Of a stretch of DNA of 64,000 nt, positions 12,601 through 25,142 are shown piece by piece (the first letter of the stretch is position 1; the number at the start of each line of letters is the position of its first letter). Below the pieces are notes generated by a model. It did no database searches and was not told the DNA's origin. It worked only from the letters and a program-made list of their open reading frames with translations. Location: assembly GCA_038496445.1 (NCBI GenBank), contig JALMLS010000216.1:558001-622000 (forward strand). The letters are read 5' to 3'. This DNA is from Trichosphaerium sp. ATCC 40318. Its lineage: Eukaryota > Protista > Tubulinea. Made by a program: the position numbers and the translations under genes.

Positions 12601-15600
12601 ACACGTATTCTAAAAGCTCATCAAGCTTGTGATTGGAATGGAGAGTATCAAAGAGTTCTAGCTATGCCAGAAGGTTAGGGATTTCCATCTAAATATGAGA
12701 TTTGTTGTTAACTTTCATTTTAGTTGGTAAAGTTCAGCAAATGCACAAAATTAAAGCTCTTCGTGTGCTTCAGACACGATTTACTGAGCTTGCGAGCGCT
12801 GTTGGAAAGATCATTATAGATGATAGATCACTTCCAAACTCTCAGAAGCGTGTACCACCTGTAAACGCTGGTGGCGTTGCCGGTGGAGAAAAGTACGTAG
12901 AAACTATAGACATACTTTTAACATTATCTTTAGGTATTTGCAAGCAAACATTTTCTTCAAGTTTGCTATCGATTGTCAAGGTTTATATGGCGGCGATAGT
13001 TTTGCTATGAAAGCAGCTAGTCACGAATTAAAAGGTCTCCATTGTTACTATTCTTTCATCCGAGATATGGAAGTTGGAAACTTGGCTTTACCTCTCATGG
13101 TTTTAATAGACTACAAGTGCGTTTCAATTTGTTAGAATGTAAAAATAAGTTATTGACAAACCACTTTAGAGGTTACAGACTCACAGCATCAGCTAAGCTA
13201 CCGCTTGGACGTGATACATTGAAATATGGTACTAATAGTTACCCTACAGCTTAAATCCTCATGTTTGTCAAGGTAGTGCTGATGGTGCGATTACTGTTCA
13301 TAAAGATATACCTGAGCTAAGTAGAGTAAGTTGTATATAAGCGTTTGCCACTGTTAACAATACCTTAGATTTTTGAGAGATCTGGTAAATATATCAACCT
13401 GAAACCTCATATTGTTGGCAGAAATGCACAAAAGGAAGAACTTTATGCTCCCGGTGATATTGAAGGTAAAAACTGTTATTTACTTCCTGCTTATTAACAT
13501 CTTTGTAGGCCATCTTGGTGATGATGGGTGCGCAATTTGGTTTACCCTTGCTCGTTGTAGTTGTGACGTATCTTAAATCATTAGGGTCTATTACGTTATT
13601 GATACTGCCCGAGTGCTCCCTGCTGAGGCACCTTCTGAAATTGTTATGGGATTTCTGTATGATGCTTTTTCTTAGTTTGTTATTTTTATAACTTGTCGAA
13701 CTAGGATAAAACCAGTTGGTGTGGGTAGAAATAAGGCTCAGCTTCTTGTACAATCAGATTTAGATTCTTTTGTACAAGAGCAAGAGCTAAGATTGAAAGG
13801 TAAAGTCAATTCTCTTTCTTGCAAGCACTTGGGTCTAAATACATTTCTCCAGTTCTTAAAGAATCAGTGGAACAACTTTTGGCATCAGATAACCCTGAAG
13901 AGCTTCAGTTTTTAGATACTACAGTATACACACAGAATACAGGTTACTAGAAAGATTGAACAAAGTTTTTCTTAGTGTTTAAAACTAGGACCTATCAATG
14001 AGTTGGCTAGCCTCTTGACTGGTACAGATATTCGCGGAGATGCTATATTATTACCTCCAGGGTGAGGAATTCAGTTACTTAAGACCATTTCTATCTAATG
14101 CAAGCCGTTGTTTAGGTGTAAAGCAAAGCGTCTTGTAAATCTGCTAAGATTTGAATTTGTGAAGCACTACAAACAACCTTTATCATCTGATGCTTTTACA
14201 CGTATGTTAATATCAACGTACTGATTCAATGATAATTAATATGGATATAGCTTTTGGTAAACACGATATCCATGTTCATAATGGTGAAGTTACACGTGCT
14301 ACAGGAGAGTTACTTCATACAAAATTACCAAAGTTTCTTGGCATGTTGAAAAAAAGAACTGTCTATGTTACATCACCAGTTGAGTTAGTAGAAATGATGC
14401 ACGAACACGGATTCAACGTTAGGTACAATAACATCTTACAGACAAAGGCTTTGAGAATGACTGTTTACCTAGGCACTTGGGTCGTCTTTACTGTATTTGT
14501 ACAGACGAGCATATAAAAATTTTAGCTGCGAGTGAGATGGTAGTTCGTGCTGGTACACCTCTTTGAAAAGAGTTCTTTTATATGACGAACTCTTACCCAT
14601 TATTACAGTAAAACGTGTTTTGAGGGAGCACTTGCGTCGATTCGACACTGCTGTAGCAAAGGACCATATTCTAGAAACATTCAATCTATTATTTGGCAAG
14701 TCTGTAAAATCTGATCTCTTCTGGCAACTCAATGTTAAGGCACGCCTTTGCACCAAAAATTGAACCTGTATGCTAATTCATTAAAGGTTCTTGTTGCTGC
14801 CAAGTTTGGATGGTACAACACAAGGTTTTGGGCCAAGTTTGATATCGCATCTGCTCGCAGTAGCATTAACATACAAATGTTGTTTGTTCGCCTTCAGGTA
14901 TGTTGAAATACTTGTCCTGTTGCCCCATTAATGCCCTTTTTAGAATATAACAGGAATAAGATTCGCTTCCGTAGTTTATGAGGATAGGGACCTATTCCAA
15001 CGGCCTGAGCCGTTTAATATACACCATATTACCACGTTTGAACCTGTTGTTAAAAAGCACCATAATACAGAACATATGATGCTCAAAGTAGCTCAGGTAA
15101 TAATTTTTGTGACTTATCTTGTCTTATTTTGTTTTAACTTGTGTTAAGGATACATCAGTAGAAGAGCTTGAAAGGGCAGTTGTTGGATTCTATGAGAACG
15201 TGTATGGTATAAAAAGCGACAAACTGGCGTTACTGAAGCTTAAAATTGCTCACATGTACTGAAACTTTTTTTTCTCCTTTTTTTCTTAGTTGTTTATTTG
15301 TGAACAATGCGGACTAACGTTGCCCTTAATAGGTATGCAAAGAAAGGAAACATGGATCATGCTGAAAATATTATTAAGGAAGTTTATAATTATTTCAATA
15401 AGCTTGTACCTCTAGAAGTCGAGATTGGCTATTCTTACCTTTATGCTATTATTTTCGAGCACAGAAAAGAGTATTTACGTGCTGAGGAGTATTTTACGGT
15501 TGCTATGCACCTCTTACAGAGATATACAGGAGAACAGACCAAACTTGTGTACGTTAATCTGCTAGACGGTAATTAATGTCAAAACTCACCTTTGGCATAG

Positions 15601-18600
15601 CTTACATAAACATCCTATGATTTTATATGTTCTAAACAAGATTGTTGATGTATTGAATGCTCAAGGATTGCGTCATATGTGCCGCCCATATGTATTAATG
15701 ATAGAAGAGCTATTTAGAAATATAGAGAGCAGCGTTTGGGTTAAAGTCAACACGGAGAGTTGCACGAAGGTATATACTTTTTTTGTTGAAAAAATCTAAT
15801 TTTGTAATACTAGGCATTTGGTGGCTTGTTTCCGCTTGGTAGTGCGATGGCAATGGATAATATATCTTCTAAAGAGTCAAAGTACTATACTGAAGAGAAG
15901 ATATTAAAGAAAGTCACTGATGAACAGAATACAATAGATCCAGAAGCGTGTAAGTTCGTCTTAGGTTCCTTCAAAAACTTACCCTGTTGTAGTGTACATA
16001 TGGGAAGCAACTAAAATACAACATCGTATTTCAAAAATGACTACACTCCATAGAGACCAGATTCATACATTTTATGGACCTCATTATCAATATATAGGAA
16101 TGCTTCATAGAATTTGTATGTGCTTTGTAGTAAAACACTTTTTTTTGGCTAATTTTTTTTACAGATGAACAAAAAATGCTGGATGGACACGTAAAAGAAG
16201 CTCTATTGGGTAATTTTATTTACTTTATATTTGTGTTGAATATTTATGAATTGTTTATTTTAAACAGGAAGCACGCTTATTCGCTGTCAGTCCCATTTTT
16301 TACTTATTGAACCATTCAAAATCGAGACAATATCACATGTTCAGAACCTTAATATCTATGTATGGAAGAAAACAACATACCTAGCCTGGGAATCAGCTAG
16401 ACATGTTACCCCTTCCCAGCTGGAATATGTATTCAAAAAAGAGACTACGGAGAGAGTACAAGAAATATTCATAAGCGAGCATTCTTTTGAGGTTGCCAGT
16501 AGGTTTCTTGTCTGTATCTTACTTGTATTAGCCTGGCGAATATACAATTGGTATAGTATACCCACGTACCTGTAGAGGTAGTATTGAGTATCACCATCAT
16601 GTCATTCAACATAAACACGTGACTTTCTTGGGTAAAGCGACAACAAGTCCTTTTTTTCTTGATTTTGTTAATGTTATTTTTTAGGACCAGACGAAGCAGG
16701 TAAAAAAAAAAAACTCTACCAAGAGTTATGTTGACTATTATATCTAACGTAATATAAAGGAACGGCATGCACGTTTATGAATGTCAAGGTTCAAGGATCT
16801 TTGTCTATTACAAAGAAGTTTCTTCGTGGTATTAGCGTCAAACAAATAAGTACAATGGTTTTTGGTGACTACGATTTAATAACTTGCTTCTTTGTAACTG
16901 GTACGCACTCCTTCAGACTACAGGTGATAATATACTTATCGTATTTTTAGATGGTGGACAAGTATATAGCTATGGATGTAATAAATCTGGAGTGTTAGGT
17001 ATTGGTCCTCACGCTTCAGTTACAGAGCCTGTTCTCATCAGGTAGTTGCCTTATAATGTTTGTTTTCTGTACTTATTTATGAGTTTGTATTAGGTCTCTA
17101 AGTAGTATAAAAAAAGTTATTGGTAGCCAATCCTCAGGTAAAAATGGTAACAGCACCAATCCACATGTGTTAGCATTAACTACAGATGGTGTTGTGTACT
17201 CGTGGGGTGCAGGTATGACACTATAGGGCAACTGGACAAGAGGTTTTAACAATATTTGTTAAGGACAACATTACCAACTTGGACATGGTGATCAAGAAGG
17301 AAGAGATTTACCCAGAGTGGTACAAGGTAAGTGCAAAGTATATACGATGTAAATTAACATTCCTTCATAGCCATTCACGGAGTACAAATGGTAGATATTG
17401 CTGCATCTCCATGTGTCAGTTGGAGTGTATCCTCGACAGGTTTCTTGTTTTTAGAAGTATTCTCCTGTTTGTAATGTAATTCTTGCCTTGTAGGAGATGT
17501 ATATGTTTGGGGATACCTTTATCTCAGTGGTATCGATTATCGCTCAGTATCAAGTCACAAACTAACTTTGTTGGATAAAACACATGGAGCACCGCAAAAG
17601 CTTACACTTCATATGGGTGTAAAGTTCAGGAAAATACAAGCAACAAACGTATGACACAACATTTTTCTCAATTCTTATGAGGGTGTAGTACACAGTACAA
17701 TCAAGTTGTGCAACTATATCATTAATAAGCACAACTGGACAATTATACTTGGCTGGAAAGATACCTGGATACACCCAGCATGTATGTTAAAGAATTTGCT
17801 TTTTTAGGTTTTTTTCAAACGTCATTTCTCCTTACAACCAAGCAGACACAGAGGTTCAAGAACTATCATTCAAACTTCGTGTTAGTTCGTGCTTTACTAC
17901 CATACTATGTACTGTCAACTTCTGGAGGTAGAGACCACATGTTGGTCCTATGTCTTGACAAGTCAGAAAACTGTACGTTTTTGGTTTTATTGGTTGTCAT
18001 CAACCTAACCATGATTAGTGGTTTGTATGGCGTTTGGTTTAGGAGGAAGTGGAGTATTAGCAAATAGAACGAGGTACTTTTTAAGGATTTTATTTGCTTG
18101 GGTGATTGTTTCTAATTGTTTTCTTCTTCAAAATCAGGTTCCCTGTGAACACTGCTATTTCTGGTTGGACTAGGAACTGGCAGCAAGATACAAAGTTTGC
18201 TGTAGCAAGAGAAAGTATTCATAAGGTTAATATTAAGGGTGTAAGACAAATACTAGCAATAGATAGAAGTTGTATTGCTGTCACGAAGGATTACAAGGTA
18301 AGTTATTTTTTCCCCCTGTTTTTTTTGCAAACACGGTTTTTAGGTGTTCCAGTGGGGTGATAATGTTATTGAGCCAGAAGAAGTTCATCTGTGTAAAGAC
18401 ATGTATCCATATTGTGCATCTAGGGTTTGTAATGCTACTAAAGAGTACACTGTGATATGCACACAGAAGAAGCAAAAAACGGGTAACTTTCTATTGTTGA
18501 AAGCTTTTCTTTGTCTGTTTTCTCACTACGTGTAGAATTCAAGGTAGTGATCCCACCTGAACTTGTTCGTGCTAGAAAAGAATACTTAGATCAACAACCT

Positions 18601-20962
18601 TGGCTTGAAATTACTTCTGGCCTGTGCGTTTATTTAACTCATAGTTTAATGAAGCATTATCTATTTCTGACTAATTGGTTTTGTTAGAGTCTCCCCTGCC
18701 CAAATAATAACAGTCCGGTGGCATAGACCTGCGGGATATGGAGGTATCAATGAATTAATATGCATTGCAACAAAAGAGACTGCTTCACTTGGCATAGACT
18801 TGAGCCAAAAGCATTCAGCTTTGCAATGGTATGTTATTCTTTAACAAATGTTGTATGTAACCGTTTTGTCAGGAACCGTATGGATGATAGTAAGTTTGCA
18901 GAGTACGTTGAAGAAGCTTTAATATTAGTACTCGCTTATTTGGTTTAAATTAGGCTATGTGAAGGAGAGATGAAGTTCAAGGCACCACATGTTGATGGAG
19001 ACTATTGTATTTGCTGGCTTTTTAGTAATATTGGAGAGGTTAAGCTGTCTCTTCAAACTCAGTTGAATTTCAGTATAAATACATTAAGTATATGACAATG
19101 ATCTCATCTACTTTGTTATCTTACAACACTTAGTGTCTCCGCCTGAGCTTTTTGTTTTGGAGTTTGACTGTACTTTGTTGCAAGAAACTGATGATATGAT
19201 TGAAATAGAATCTGGTAAGGTCAAGTACAAATGGAGGAGACCAAGACTCGCTAGTAATGTACAAGATGAAATATTAGTAGAGTATTGGGAGCCCAAAAGA
19301 GAATCATGGGTGCAACAGTACGTGAACCAAGAAAAACAATAACTCTTACTAACGTTTGTTCACTTTGTTTGTTTGCTTTTCTCACGTGTTGATGTTTTTT
19401 TAGCACTCTGTCTGGAGTACACATCCGCCCTAACGTAACTGAGGGAACCAATACAGTGTCGTTCAGTAGAATAGGTTGCTTCAAGTACCGTCTTACATGG
19501 AGTGTACAATTCAAAGACTCGCCTGAAAATAAAGTAACAAAGAAGCAGTTGCTAATTCTCACTGATATGTGGCAGAAAGGTACTTATACTCACTTCTTCC
19601 AAAAACTCTCAAACACATATTTACTGTCTATCCGACAGTTTATTTCTTACTTGAGATGTACTCGAACGGCAACATTTTGTATTTTTTTTTTTGTTTCCTG
19701 ATTTTTTTCTTCTTAAGATCCATTGTTGTTGGAGCTTGATATTGATGCCGAGACTCTCCCTGGAGATTGGTGTAATATAACATGGCAATGGAATGAACTT
19801 CATTTTAAGAAAATAGGTCAAGCACTAACTGGTATTTATGAAGAAACCGCTTCACCAGGTTTGTACATCCTTAAATTATTTTTCGTACTATTTTCTTACT
19901 TTTTGTGGTAAGCGAGTGGTACAAGTGCAAGGAGTTTTGGTCTTTTAGATATATCCACGAACATTACAGGGAAGGGTAGAATAATGCTAAGCAGACACAT
20001 GAGTGGTAGGTATCACTTGCGTACAAGAATCAACAACGCTTTTGATTTGCTTCATGAACAAGTTGTTGTCTTTGTACCTCCTCCAATAGCTTACTCAGCC
20101 CAACCTACTGTTCAATCTACTATCCAACAAACACAAGAAGCACCAAAGGCAAAAGACGATTTTGATGGAACAACTGGGATTTCATCGCCAGAACACCGTC
20201 CAGCTTATACTGGAAGCAATTCAATAGACTTTGAACAGCCTGGTAGTAGTACGTAGTTAATACAGTGTGAAGTTTGTGGCTAGAATACTTGATCATATGC
20301 CACGACGTTCAAGCCACTAAATGTAGTGTCATGATTCATTCTAATATTTCTTTAGTTGATTGGCATGCAGCATATCCTGTAAGTAATATGGAGAATATAT
20401 GGTTTCCTGCAATGTCTGGTGTTTTAGCAAATTGTAAGAAAACATTTCAATATGCTTCTGCATCACCTGCAGCACAATCACACTTCAAAGAGGTAAGCAA
20501 AGCACTAAAAAACAAAAACGCTTAGTTTCAGAGAACGCCATTAGAAAAGTGTAGCTAACCAATCTTTCCTAACTTCAGGCTGCAGTTACTATGAAAGCAA
20601 CCCTAGATAATATATACAGCAGATACCTTGAATGGGAGCGTGTAAATAATCCACCACCTCCAGAACCTGTACAGGAACAAAAGGAAGAAATTGTCGAAGA
20701 AAAACCACCTAAACCTGAACCACAAGAAACAGTTGTCAATGACACTTCCAGTGCTAATGGAAGTGATGATAGCTCATCTTCTTGGGTATCTATTTTAATG
20801 TCTGCTGGCTTTGATAGCAACAGAGCATCTGAAGTAGCTGAATTATTTGAAGAATGTGCACTTGACATGGATGATGTTACTGGTCCGTTACTTAAAGAGC
20901 TTGGGTTAACAGGAATGGAGCGTGTTAAGGTAATGAAGGCAAAGAAGGCTTCTTTAAAGTAA
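9680..20962 (+). CDS. Very large multi-exon protein: putative N-terminal C2-like region, SYTND-repeat disordered region, Clu (clustered mitochondria) central domain, TPR-like helices, RCC1 repeats, C-terminal SAM-like domain
   Basis: DWNGEYQ, GGVAGGEK, IFFKFAID..LYGGD..AMKAASHELKGL, LPLM.LIDY.GYRL, YGSADG, PGDIEGHLG.DG..YVIDTARVLP, MHEHGFNVR (Clu); VYSYGCNKSGVLG, HVLALTTDGVVYSWG..QLGHG (RCC1); LLKELGLTGMERVKVM (SAM-like). Could be two genes, but no break was found. Confidence 0.75.
11185..12315 (+). repeat. Dispersed coding repeat (V/I)(A/P)SYTND, about 20 copies
   Basis: Counted 13 exact SYTND plus ~7 variants (SYAND, SYTTD, SYANE, SNTND, etc.) in the 10651-12678 ORF. Confidence 0.95.
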
Positions 20963-21557
20963 AATAAATAGATACTAAATAAAAACATTCTATTTATTCA
21001 TTTCACAAGCTTCACAATCACGTTGTTGTAAACAACACTAGCTTCGCCTTAAAGCTGTTTGCCAATACCACCAAAGCTGTCACGATTAGGTATTGTTTAG
21101 TCAATGGGTTTACTGAGAAGAAAAATCATGGCATGAGAATCGTCAGCTTTAAGCCCAAGTGAATAATAATGATGCAAAAGTGGCAAGAAAGAAGGTGCAT
21201 TGACAGCTGGATTACGCATTCAACAATTATTTAAAGATGACAATGAAGAAAAGGAGAAGCCATTGCTTGGTAGCAGAAGACTATTAGTTTGAGATGTAGT
21301 GGAAAGAATCATCGAAGGCTAGCAGCAACACTAGTTGGATCCCTATACCATGTGGTTATCGGTGTATAATGGTTAGCGTTAACTAATAATCTCAAAAAAA
21401 TAAAGTCAAAATCCATGTAGCATAACAAAATAACAATTCATTCATTTTAGAACAATAACACATGTGGAGGTTTAACGGCTATAACAGTTAGCAAGTTTAA
21501 ATTTTGTAGCCGGCGGCAAAAGCCGTTACCATGGTATGACCTCTAAATACGTGCTTT

Positions 21558-22193
21558 TCAAGTTTTTAATAGCCTGCTTCTGATAAGCAAAACAAGTCTT
21601 TTGAATTCATACTTTGTCCACCATCCTGGCGCAGTTCCCTCAACGATATCAAGGACAGCATGCTTATGTAATGCCCCATTGAATATCACTACGTCTCCTG
21701 AGCGCACTGTGACGTTGCCAAGCTCATCCGAGTCGTGTCTTTGGTATCCGAACACCATATCACATCCAAAACTTAATCCAACCATCCAGTGGTTATCTCT
21801 ATGCCAGCTACGCTTAGATTCGGTGTTTCTGTATATAAGCCCTGCTACTGAGTTGAAAACGCATTCTCTTGGTATTTTAGCCGAAGCTACGTCTGTGTAA
21901 TAGTATTTACTCTGTCTTAATGCTGTTCTGATGTCCTTTGCTATTTTTTGAAGGTTTTGTTGTAATGTTGTTTGTGGTGTGCCCCAATCGCTTTTAAACA
22001 CCTGACAAAAAGACATAAACGGGTTTTTGGCGTATTCTTCGCCTGAATAACGTGCCAAGTCTACATCAGCTAGCGCGGCTTTACAAAACTCCTCAGCGCC
22101 GCTACTTGGTACCAGACCTCGTATAATGCATACACCAGACGGAGAAAGCAGAACTTCGAGTGATTCGTCCGAGGAGTGTTGCAGTACCTGCAT
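21558..22193 (-). CDS. AlkB-like 2OG-Fe(II) dioxygenase, apparently intronless
   Basis: N..GLIY..WHRD..VGLSFG..F..SGDVVIFNG..HKHAV..RLVLLIR: HxD...H facial triad and 2OG-binding Arg. Confidence 0.85.
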   Translation of the reverse strand: MQVLQHSSDESLEVLLSPSGVCIIRGLVPSSGAEEFCKAALADVDLARYSGEEYAKNPFMSFCQVFKSDWGTPQTTLQQNLQKIAKDIRTALRQSKYYYTDVASAKIPRECVFNSVAGLIYRNTESKRSWHRDNHWMVGLSFGCDMVFGYQRHDSDELGNVTVRSGDVVIFNGALHKHAVLDIVEGTAPGWWTKYEFKRLVLLIRSRLLKT

Positions 22194-22548
22194 ATGATAC
22201 GCCAGTTTAATTTTCTGAATATAGGTGGTATATTTGGAAGAAAATCAACGAAAATGCTGCGGCTTTTACGTGAATGCTTAACCGAAATTAAGACATTTGG
22301 CACTAATTGATCCATTGATCACTTGTAGTATAAACACTATTGATTTGTACACTTTATGTACCAGAGGCATAAGCTTGTATTTGAACAACGATCATTAGTG
22401 TTGCTGGTTCTTGAGCTTTGTTCGACAAATTCTTGTTTACTCTTAGGAACATTGTAGGATTATTGTAGTAACCGTAAGTGATAATATGAACAACCAACGA
22501 CGTGATAGACTTGTTATTTTACAATGTTTTACAATGTGCACTTATTGC

Positions 22549-23429
22549 TTATTGCTTAAGGCTTACTTTTATATACCCTCTAGGCATACCTGCTGTACGG
22601 TCTTTTTTACACATAAGCACAACAAGTACAGGCAAAGATATCCAATGAGGTGTACAACGATGACTTAAAGTAATGAATAAGTATTTTGAATGATTTGTAT
22701 GGTAGACTGCTATCTATTAACGTACCTAGCAACATCAAGAACAAGTACACTATCTGTTTTTTCATCATAGGCAGCTATAGGACAAAAATGGCCACCTCTA
22801 TGATCTCGAAAGTTTCTCCAAAAATTTACTATTATACAACTTGATCTTCCTGACATACACTCCTTTATATCACTTTCAAAGGACTTAATCAAATCCTTCG
22901 TATCATAAGTACGATATATGCTAGCGTTGCCACCATGTTTTATAATAATAGAACCAAGTTGTTGCAAGGATAACCCGTATCGATATCTTTTTTTATTTCC
23001 TTTCAAAATATCATGCAACCACGTGTTCCACATCTCTTCTTGGCTAGGTGACGTTTAAATGCTAATACTGACGCGAAAATTGTTAACGCACGTGTGTATT
23101 TGTTCTCCTCGAAGTGCGTTTAGTACAATACAAGAACTGGCAAGGCCGCAAAACGCGCCGCTTGTTTGTGCTTCGAAAGTTTTACTGAGAAACCTTATTT
23201 GGGAGTACTGTTGAACATCAGCTTGTCTGGTGAGCTTTTTACCGTAATCAGAGCTTGTAAAAGTGATTTCTTGTCGGTACTGGATGTCTTTAGCAAAAGT
23301 TAGTACAAAATAGTAATAAATCAGGCTTAGTGTACTCCGAGGCGATATTTCGAGTATCTGCACCCTTGACATCCGTTCATTTCCTTTTTGCTCCATTAAT
23401 GCTTCCTCTGCGATCTCAATGCTACCCAT
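22549..23429 (-). CDS. Phytochelatin synthase-like (catalytic domain only), multi-exon; start uncertain
   Basis: QTSGAFCGLASSCIVLNAL, GLSLQQL, GGHFCPIAAYDEKTDSVLVLDVAR, PHWISL..M...D..G.PRGY; Cys-His-Asp triad. Confidence 0.88.
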
Positions 23430-23835
23430 ATTACCTCAAATAAATTATGTAAACCCAGAGGCCTCTTTTTGTTGCTTACAACACTGTGCGTGGCTTTTAA
23501 AACCAATCTTTCACTGAAAGCTAAACCGCAAAAAGTCATCGAGAAGTCTTGCTTTTGAGCGTGTTGACAGAAATTGTCACAAGCAAAAGATGGTATAGAC
23601 TGTCTTAATGGTAAAAAAACGTTTACCTGCGTACGAACAAAGAATATGAATGCAAGTCTTTGTATCAAAAACAGAGACAGACTTTTTTAACTTTTTGTAA
23701 ATTTTTATTATAGTAGCGAGCAATTATAACAGCAATCGTTGCATAGACCTTAATAACATGATAACACGATACTGCGTATAGTGGAGTTGTTGTATTATGG
23801 TCCCAAGAAAAAATACAACTTCTAGTGATAATCTT

Positions 23836-25036
23836 TTAAACAGATTTTGCAATTACTGAAATGAGTTTTCGAATAAATGCCAGTTGTTTCTCAATAGGAG
23901 TATCATCAAAAGGTGGTATGTGTACAAATAATGATTTTGTTCCATTCATATGAGAAAAATGTAGCGATTGATAACTGTTGGTTGTTAAGGATGAAAACGG
24001 GAAAAAAAAAGGAGCAAATACCAAAAAAAGAAAAAAAAATTTTCAAAAAATAGGATACTAGATGTAGTTGCACAGGAAACGCCCTGGATTTAAACTGACT
24101 TCTACATTCCATTTAAGACTATTCAATGTATTACATATTTTATCTAAAGGTATATCTGTCTCATAACAATGCTCTATAGTCCCTAAAAAAAAGATCTTGT
24201 CAAAAACTTCAAAAAAAAACCACCAAAATTCGACATCTTGGTTCATGAAAAAAAAAAACGTGTTTCAAGAACAACGTCTTCGGAAAATCTGTTGTGTACC
24301 GTTTCGCGGGTTGATAGGTCTCTTATTTGGTGACCATCCAGCTTCATCTGGGCATCTAAAAGTGGCATCTATATGCATAAGAAGAGTGCTAGAAAATGTG
24401 TAACTGCGCTGCAAAGAATGACGCTAGTTTTCGTTTGCAAAATGTCAAAAAATCAGAAAAACCGTCGTGTGACGTGGTTTAGAAATACAAGCTCGTTTTT
24501 AGTACCATTCCACCCAATTTGTTCTAATCTAAATCCGGTTTGAGATGAGTTTACCCCAAGGTGTAAAAAAATGCGTGTTGTGCCTATAAGGCATAATGTA
24601 AGAGGAGGTATATCAATTTAATTTGTCGTTTTATGGCTCTTGCTTACTTGTGTCTGTGCTGCTTATTTTATATCGCTGCAAGGCTTCTGTGAGTGAGACT
24701 AGAATGATTTAGAGGTCATGTCGCTTTTATCATATTTTCTCTTTCACGTACGCAATGACCCAACCGCTGATGTTTCAAAAACTGTTTCTGCAACTACTTT
24801 GATGCCCTAAGTGGTAATTTTAGAATTTGTAAACATTGTAGTTTTGTACCGACGCTAATGGATGCTCTGTAAGGTAATTTGATAAGTTTTCTACTATATC
24901 AGCTAAATTGGCCGTTAATCTTGCATTTGGGAAAAAAGGTCTTTGTCGTGCATGTTGGGTTATGTTTTACGCCATGAAATTCTCCAAAACCTGTGACATA
25001 GATCCATACAGGTTTTTTAGAATTCAATGCGGCCAT
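23836..25036 (-). CDS. PGPEP1: Pyroglutamyl-peptidase I (peptidase C15), multi-exon
   Basis: VTGFGEFHGVKHNPT, FLHLGV, FRLEQIGWNDATFRCPDEAG, NPGRFLCNYIYYQSL, SLFVHIP: Glu-Cys-His triad. Confidence 0.92.
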
Positions 25037-25142
25037 TCTTACTTCCTGATAACAAGTTTTTTTAATTTTGGCACAAAACTTGGCGCTTTTGGCGACCTGA
25101 CTTAATTGAATAGCCTCAAAGTGATCTCTTTATTTGCATAGT

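Noticed and set aside
14740-14786. GC-AG intron in the Clu gene as a firm call
   Set aside because: An in-frame GTTAAG donor 6 nt upstream is equally possible
21120-21350. Purine-rich coding-like stretch
   Set aside because: Stops in all frames and no recognisable homology; at most a relic
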